Below are positions 57,694-64,000 of a stretch of DNA of 64,000 nt, piece by piece (positions within the stretch are counted from its first letter, which is position 1; every line of letters starts with the position of its first letter). Source of the stretch: Flectonema sp. DT1601 (lineage: Eukaryota); contig OZ025791.1 of assembly GCA_964019425.1 (NCBI GenBank), positions 496,001-560,000 on the forward strand. Direction: 5' to 3'. The notes beneath the pieces are model-generated. The model ran no database searches and was not told the origin of the DNA. It was given only the letters and a program-made list of their open reading frames with translations. A program made the position numbers and the translations under genes.

Positions 57694-59085
57694 TTACGGA
57701 GGAGCAGGTGATTGTGGCATCTGTGGAACGTTTGATGGCATCTGTGGTGAGCTTGATGATGGCATCTGTGGAACGTTTGATGGCATCTGCTGCGGAACGT
57801 TTGATGGCATTTGTGGTGAGCTTGATGATGGCATCTGTGGAACGTTTGATGGCATCTGCTGCGGAACGTTTGATGGCATCTGCTGCGGAACGTTTGATGG
57901 CATTTGTGGTGAGCTTGATGATGGCATCTGCGGAACGTTTGATGGCATCTGTGGTGAGCTTGATGATGGCATCTGTGGAACGTTTGATGGCATTTGTGGT
58001 GAGTACGATGATGGCATCTGCGGAACGTTTGATGGCATCTGTGGTGAGCTTGATGATGGCATCTGCGGAACGTTTGATGGCATTTGTGGTGAGTACGATG
58101 ATGGCATCTGAGGAACATTTGATGGCATTTGTGGTGAGCTTGATGATGGCATCTGTGGAACGTTTGATGGCATCTGTGGTGAGCTTGATGATGGCATCTG
58201 TGGAACGTTTGATGGCATCTGTGGTGAGCTTGATGATGGCATCTGTGGAACGTTTGATGGCATTTGTGGTGAGTACGATGATGGCATCTGTGGAACGTTT
58301 GATGGCATCTGTGGTGAGCTTGATGATGGCATCTGTGGAACGTTTGATGGCATCTGTGGTGAGCTTGATGATGGCATCTGCGGAACGTTTGATGGCATCT
58401 GTGGTGAGTACGATGACGGCATCTGTGGAACGTTTGATGGCATCTGTGGTGAGCTTGATGATGGCATCTGTGGAACGTTTGATGGCATTTGTGGTGAGTA
58501 CGATGATGGCATCTGTGGTGAGCTTGATGATGGCATCTGCGGAACGTTTGATGGCATCTGTGGTGAGCTTGATGATGGCATCTGCGGAACGTTTGATGGC
58601 ATCTGTGGAACGTTTGATGGCATCTGTGGTGAGTACGATGACGGCATCTGCGGAACGTTTGATGGCATTTGTGGTGAGTACGATGATGGCATCTGAGGAA
58701 CATTTGATGGCATCTGTGGTGAGTACGATGACGGCATCTGTGGGGCGTTGGATCTAGGAGCGTTAGTCACTAGGTAGTCCCCTCCACCACAAGCGCAACA
58801 ACTCTCCCTCGCAGTCATTGGTTTGTACTGTGGCCATGGACCATAGTCACCGTACCCAGTACAGAGTCCGTATTTAGCATAGATGTAGCAGTTGAAGAAT
58901 GTACCGTCAGCGTCATGCCAAACTCTCTTTCTACCATTTCCGAGGTCAGCCAACCTATCAGTGCACCCATTTGTGTATGCGAGGGTGGCCACCTGACGGC
59001 TTAATTCTTTTTTTTGTAAGAATTCTGCCATCGGGATTGCTGAAGACAATACGACAACTGAAGCGAGAGTGATCATACGAGACAT
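57694..59085 (-). CDS. Secreted protein: Cys-rich CCxCGGG domain plus mucin-like QMPSNVP/QMPSS[S/Y]SP repeats
   Basis: Signal peptide, CTD...WHDADG..FNC..Y....C..YG...ARESCCACGGG, then 21/24-nt tandem repeats. Start taken at MSRM (59085). Confidence 0.85.
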   Translation of the reverse strand: MSRMITLASVVVLSSAIPMAEFLQKKELSRQVATLAYTNGCTDRLADLGNGRKRVWHDADGTFFNCYIYAKYGLCTGYGDYGPWPQYKPMTARESCCACGGGDYLVTNAPRSNAPQMPSSYSPQMPSNVPQMPSSYSPQMPSNVPQMPSSYSPQMPSNVPQMPSNVPQMPSSSSPQMPSNVPQMPSSSSPQMPSSYSPQMPSNVPQMPSSSSPQMPSNVPQMPSSYSPQMPSNVPQMPSSSSPQMPSNVPQMPSSSSPQMPSNVPQMPSSYSPQMPSNVPQMPSSSSPQMPSNVPQMPSSSSPQMPSNVPQMPSSSSPQMPSNVPQMPSSYSPQMPSNVPQMPSSSSPQMPSNVPQMPSSYSPQMPSNVPQMPSSSSPQMPSNVPQMPSSSSPQMPSNVPQQMPSNVPQQMPSNVPQMPSSSSPQMPSNVPQQMPSNVPQMPSSSSPQMPSNVPQMPQSPAPP

Positions 59086-59780
59086 GTTGATGGGTTGGTA
59101 ACTGTACAATAATTATATTGCCGACTAATACAACTAATAAGAATACACTAATATCCAAACGAAGATGTGGTAGTAATATACATCAAACAAGAATTGAGCA
59201 TGAGAACGCATAAAAGCAAGTAGATCGTCTTACTGAACCACTACAAGCGTGCGTATAGACTACCAACCTCCGAAGAATCATTAAGTGCAGGTTAAATGAG
59301 GGATAGAAATGTTCTTTTAATAAAGTAGGTAAGGTTTATGTCAATTGTTCTGTAAAGTGGAGGAGAAATGTGCCCTCATAGAGAAGATAATTTTCCATTC
59401 CAACTTTTCCCTTTGTGAATTCTAAGTGTCACAAAAGAAGACATCTTCCTTATGAGGTCTTCACGGTTCTATTCGAGATTCCAAACATAAAAGTATAATA
59501 TTCATCAAAAGCTTTGTGCTGCGGAATGGTAAAAAAGAGAGGGGAGAAAAATCATTAGGGGCACAATATTTAAAAACTCTGTTGAGATCCCTGATAATGA
59601 AAGGAGCATGAAGCAGTCACAGAAAAGGCGTGTAACTTTTACTTGGATCCCAACATCTTACATCAAGGACGCGACGAGTTTGAAAACAAACGAGAGGGTG
59701 TTGGAGATAATTACTGTTCAAATTGAAAAGGCCAGTAGTTAATAAAAGTTTACAGTTTATTTAAAACATTACATTTTAAA

Positions 59781-61631
59781 TTACGGAGGAGCAGGTGATT
59801 GTGGCATCTGTGGTGAGCTTGATGATGGCATCTGCGGAACGTTTGATGGCATCTGCGGAACATTTGATGGCATCTGTGGAACGTTTGATGGCATCTGTGG
59901 AACGTTTGATGGCATCTGTGGAACGTTTGATGGCATCTGCGGAACGTTTGATGGCATCTGTGGTGAGCTTGATGATGGCATCTGTGGAACGTTTGATGGC
60001 ATCTGTGGTGAGCTTGATGATGGCATCTGTGGAACGTTTGATGGCATCTGTGGTGAGCTTGATGATGGCATCTGTGGAACGTTTGATGGCATCTGTGGTG
60101 AGCTTGATGATGGCATCTGTGGAACGTTTGATGGCATCTGTGGTGAGCTTGATGATGGCATCTGCGGAACGTTTGATGGCATTTGTGGTGAGCTTGATGA
60201 TGGCATCTGCGGAACGTTTGATGGCATCTGTGGTGAGCTTGATGATGGCATCTGCGGAACGTTTGATGGCATTTGTGGTGAGTACGATGATGGCATCTGA
60301 GGAACATTTGATGGCATCTGTGGTGAGCTTGATGATGGCATCTGTGGAACGTTTGATGGCATCTGTGGTGAGCTTGATGATGGCATCTGCGGAACGTTTG
60401 ATGGCATTTGTGGTGAGCTTGATGATGGCATCTGCGGAACGTTTGATGGCATCTGTGGTGAGCTTGATGATGGCATCTGCGGAACGTTTGATGGCATTTG
60501 TGGTGAGTACGATGATGGCATCTGAGGAACATTTGATGGCATCTGTGGTGAGCTTGATGATGGCATCTGTGGAACGTTTGATGGCATCTGCGGAACGTTT
60601 GATGGCATCTGTGGTGAGCTTGATGATGGCATCTGCGGAACGTTTGATGGCATCTGTGGTGAGCTTGATGATGGCATCTGCGGAACGTTTGATGGCATCT
60701 GTGGTGAGCTTGATGATGGCATCTGTGGAACGTTTGATGGCATCTGTGGTGAGCTTGATGATGGCATCTGTGGAACGTTTGATGGCATCTGTGGTGAGCT
60801 TGATGATGGCATCTGCGGAACGTTTGATGGCATTTGTGGTGAGCTTGATGATGGCATCTGCGGAACGTTTGATGGCATCTGTGGTGAGCTTGATGATGGC
60901 ATCTGCGGAACGTTTGATGGCATTTGTGGTGAGTACGATGATGGCATCTGAGGAACATTTGATGGCATCTGTGGTGAGCTTGATGATGGCATCTGTGGAA
61001 CGTTTGATGGCATCTGCGGAACGTTTGATGGCATCTGTGGTGAGCTTGATGATGGCATCTGCGGAACGTTTGATGGCATCTGTGGTGAGCTTGATGATGG
61101 CATCTGCGGAACGTTTGATGGCATCTGTGGTGAGCTTGATGATGGCATCTGTGGAACGTTTGATGGCATCTGTGGTGAGCTTGATGATGGCATCTGTGGA
61201 ACGTTTGATGGCATCTGTGGTGAGCTTGATGATGGCATCTGCGGAACGTTTGATGGCATTTGTGGTGAGTACGATGACGGCATCTGTGGAGCGTTGGATC
61301 TAGGAGCGTTGGTCACTAGGTAGTCCCCTCCACCACAAGCGCAACAACTCTCCCTCGCAGTCATTGGTTTGTACTGTGGCCATGGACCATAGTCACCGTA
61401 CCCAGTACAGAGTCCGTATTTAGCATAGATGTAGCAGTTGAAGAATGTACCGTCAGCGTCATGCCAAACTCTCTTTCTACCATTTCCGAGGTCAGCCAAC
61501 CTATCAGTGCACCCATTTGTGTATGCGAGGGTGGCCACCTGACGGCTTAATTCTTTTTTTTGTAAGAATTCTGCCATCGGGATTGCTGAAGACAATACGA
61601 CAACTGAAGCGAGAGTGATCATACGAGACAT
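59781..61631 (-). CDS. Paralog of the above with a longer repeat tract (616 aa)
   Basis: N-terminal domain identical to 57694-59085. The ~690-bp spacers 57000-57693 and 59089-59780 are near-identical, indicating tandem duplication. Confidence 0.85.
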   Translation of the reverse strand: MSRMITLASVVVLSSAIPMAEFLQKKELSRQVATLAYTNGCTDRLADLGNGRKRVWHDADGTFFNCYIYAKYGLCTGYGDYGPWPQYKPMTARESCCACGGGDYLVTNAPRSNAPQMPSSYSPQMPSNVPQMPSSSSPQMPSNVPQMPSSSSPQMPSNVPQMPSSSSPQMPSNVPQMPSSSSPQMPSNVPQMPSSSSPQMPSNVPQMPSNVPQMPSSSSPQMPSNVPQMPSSYSPQMPSNVPQMPSSSSPQMPSNVPQMPSSSSPQMPSNVPQMPSSSSPQMPSNVPQMPSSSSPQMPSNVPQMPSSSSPQMPSNVPQMPSSSSPQMPSNVPQMPSSSSPQMPSNVPQMPSNVPQMPSSSSPQMPSNVPQMPSSYSPQMPSNVPQMPSSSSPQMPSNVPQMPSSSSPQMPSNVPQMPSSSSPQMPSNVPQMPSSSSPQMPSNVPQMPSSYSPQMPSNVPQMPSSSSPQMPSNVPQMPSSSSPQMPSNVPQMPSSSSPQMPSNVPQMPSSSSPQMPSNVPQMPSSSSPQMPSNVPQMPSSSSPQMPSNVPQMPSSSSPQMPSNVPQMPSNVPQMPSNVPQMPSNVPQMPSNVPQMPSNVPQMPSSSSPQMPQSPAPP

Positions 61632-62133
61632 GTTGATGGGTAATAACTAAACTGATAACAGGAAAATAAGAACCTAACGAGCGGTAAAGGTAAAGGTGCT
61701 GGAACTTCTGATTAGTTAATTATTTGGGCAGCCTACCATTTATGTTACTTGGGACTGCAAGAAGGATATAAAGTTTCAAGCGTCTTAAATGTAAACAATT
61801 ATGAGGAAACGACAGCGACAAAAGCAGTGTTAGAAACAATCAAGGGATTGGGCAGATCGTCTTTTTTGAGATATTGTTTGTATTCGCCCACTCACACTTC
61901 TGTTTTGCCAATTAGTTGGTGACCAGTGCACCACCTTTTTGAAGAGGTTTTATGTGTTTTTTTTTTTCCCCCCCTTTTTTTTTTTTGCTTTTGCTTTTTT
62001 TTTTTTTTTTTTTTTTGTGTCCGAGGTCATATGAGTAGAGAAGCTGCACATTATTTAAAAGTGTTGTAAGGCAAAACAAATTATAAACAAGCAATGGGAA
62101 ATACGAAGAGAAGATGTGATGGTTGAATAATAA

Positions 62134-62673
62134 TTACCCGTCAAGTGGTTTGTATGACCCACCGCATTTCTGGCAAATTGGTTTTCCGCTAGGATCGTCA
62201 TCGTGGTATCTGTCGTTATCTCTCATTCCAGCACCACATTTGCCGCATTTAAAACAAGTCAAGTGAAATTGAACGATTTTTCCTCTCCAAGGGATGTCCT
62301 TTGCTTGTCCTTTGATTTCTTGTTGGCAACCCATGCAGTGTTTTGCGATATGATTCTCGTGAGATTTAACTTGACGCCATCCACCAGTTACAGTCTTCTT
62401 TGCTTCTTGATCGATATAAGACTGAGAGCATGCAGCATGCATTGGTTTGTCGACACCAGATTTTATTTTATGAATCGCAAAAACACGTTCGCCATTCGCG
62501 TCGAGATCGAACTCTTTTGCACAATTATAACATCTAAAACAGTGGGAATGCCAATCCATGTCCATTGCCTCCATTATTTTTTCTCCATCATCAAACTCTA
62601 AGTGACAACCACTGCATCTGTCGGTATCACCATTGTGGTCAAATGCATCAACGCTTTTTATTGCACCAGCCAT
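62134..62673 (-). CDS. LIM-domain protein (two LIM domains)
   Basis: CSGC...WHSHCFRCYNC...HAAC and CMGC...FHLTCFKCGKC...ICQKC. Confidence 0.88.
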   Translation of the reverse strand: MAGAIKSVDAFDHNGDTDRCSGCHLEFDDGEKIMEAMDMDWHSHCFRCYNCAKEFDLDANGERVFAIHKIKSGVDKPMHAACSQSYIDQEAKKTVTGGWRQVKSHENHIAKHCMGCQQEIKGQAKDIPWRGKIVQFHLTCFKCGKCGAGMRDNDRYHDDDPSGKPICQKCGGSYKPLDG

Positions 62674-64000
62674 ATGTTTTATTTACTTATTGGGTTAAGT
62701 CTGTTATAAAATAATTAAAAACATTAAATTGATATTTATTTCGATTCATCTTTTATTGTGCATACGCAAAGCAAGAAAATGTTTCTTTTTTTTTTTTTTT
62801 TTGCTGTTGTTGTTGTTTTTTTTTGACCATAATAAAGTACAGAAAGCTGAAAGACGGACTCACCCAAACCTTCTTTTTAACTCGTACGATTTACTAAAGG
62901 TGTAGAAAAGATTATTTTGGATGAGTAAAAAGAGGTGATTTTCATGTACATTAAACACGCTGAGAATTTAATTAAAAATTCTCAGCGTTTTTTTAAAAGC
63001 ATTTTTTTTTTTTTTTTTTTTTTTTTTTCCCCGTCGGATGTGACATCTATTAATAGTAACGGCTGTCAACCAACTCTTGTTGCTTTGAGGAAAGGGAGAG
63101 GGGGAAAGAAGTGTTTTGCACACCTAAAAAATGGTCGGTTACCCTACCGTCTACTATATAGGCATACTTCAGTAAGTGACACTTTTCAACACCGTTAGAA
63201 CTAACATCTGTACAAAGTAGCAGCAAACTAGTACGCGACACATTGCAAAGGGTCTATAGAAATACGATTCAAAAAAAAAAAAAAAAAAAAGTAAAGTAAA
63301 GTAAAGTAAAGACGCATTGAATGAAGCAATAGAAATAAAAGAATATTCGCTTTTTTTTTTTTTTTTTTTTTTCCTTTTTTTTGTTGTTTTTTCCCCTCCC
63401 CAATTTTTTATTTTCTTTCCAATTGTTCCCGTGCCGCGTTTGCACGTCTTTTTTCTCCAGCACGGTGCTGGAGGGCAATAACAAAGTAAAGAACGAAGTT
63501 GAATAAAACGGTATCAAAGTCATTTTCCGTGAGGTTCACGTTGATGTTTGCCCAACGTTGTTTCACTTCTGGGAATTTATTTCATGCAGAAAAGAGATAG
63601 CTACGCTGTGGCACCTCACTCATTTCGCAATATCTTTCATTCACTTTTATAATATTACAAATATTATATTCTTTTTTGTTTTTTTTGCTGAAAACTTTTT
63701 TTTTTTTTTTTTCTAAAATAAAAAAATAAAAAAAAATAAGTAAGATAATAATAACTGTAATCATGCCATTCAGACGCTGTTGAGGTGAGGCTGAACAATT
63801 GACACACATATTTTTTTTCCCTCCCCCCCTTTCACTTTACTTTATGTGTTGCCATGGTCAACTACCGCCGAACAGTACAATACTACGAAGTGGTGGGGGT
63901 GAAGAAATAGGATTGGGGAATATTGAACGAGAAAATCTCTTTTTTATTTTTATTTTATTGTTGCTACTATTTGCTTTCTCTGAGGAGACATAACTGGTAA

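Noticed and set aside
57663..61303. His/Cys-rich (RCHQTFH...) and antisense (MASVERL...) long ORFs
   Set aside because: Alternative frames of 21/24-nt stop-free tandem repeats. Only the QMPS frame is continuous with a signal peptide and the Cys head domain.
196..63993. Numerous short + strand ORFs
   Set aside because: Antisense shadows of minus-strand genes or poly-A/T-derived Lys/Phe runs, with no domain signatures.
1..64000. Non-standard genetic code or non-canonical introns
   Set aside because: Long ORFs read cleanly, TAA, TAG and TGA all end genes, and every truncation I examined was resolved by a GT-AG intron.

Overview
AT-rich eukaryotic nuclear DNA, not prokaryotic. All ~27 supportable protein genes lie on the minus strand, head-to-tail across 64 kb. 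With euglenozoan-style CCCH zinc fingers and class III cyclase domains, this suggests a polycistronic, trans-splicing euglenozoan; frequent short GT-AG introns favour a diplonemid over a trypanosomatid (inference). I reconstructed 15 cis-introns by hand. They complete genes truncated in the ORF track (GRIP golgin, SNF1/CIPK-like kinase, YKT6, bestrophin-like, phosphatase-like, cold-shock protein) and reveal an unlisted 74-aa membrane protein whose first intron is mostly a 121-bp tandem array. Other genes include a bacterial-type AcuI/YhdH reductase, a phytochelatin synthase with Glu at the catalytic Asp, a four-domain nucleotide cyclase, ULK4, trehalose-6-P synthase, four identical ML-like secreted proteins and a tandem family of Met/Pro/Ser-repeat secreted proteins. 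The most unusual non-coding signals are: a ~630-nt hairpin-rich segment (26837-27467) whose G-U pairs favour the non-coding + strand; A/C-rich cis acceptors versus U-rich 5'-most acceptors; a SINE-like repeat with a stem-loop and (CTAA)n tail; and a TA-flanked MITE-like element. All calls are by eye, with no searches run.
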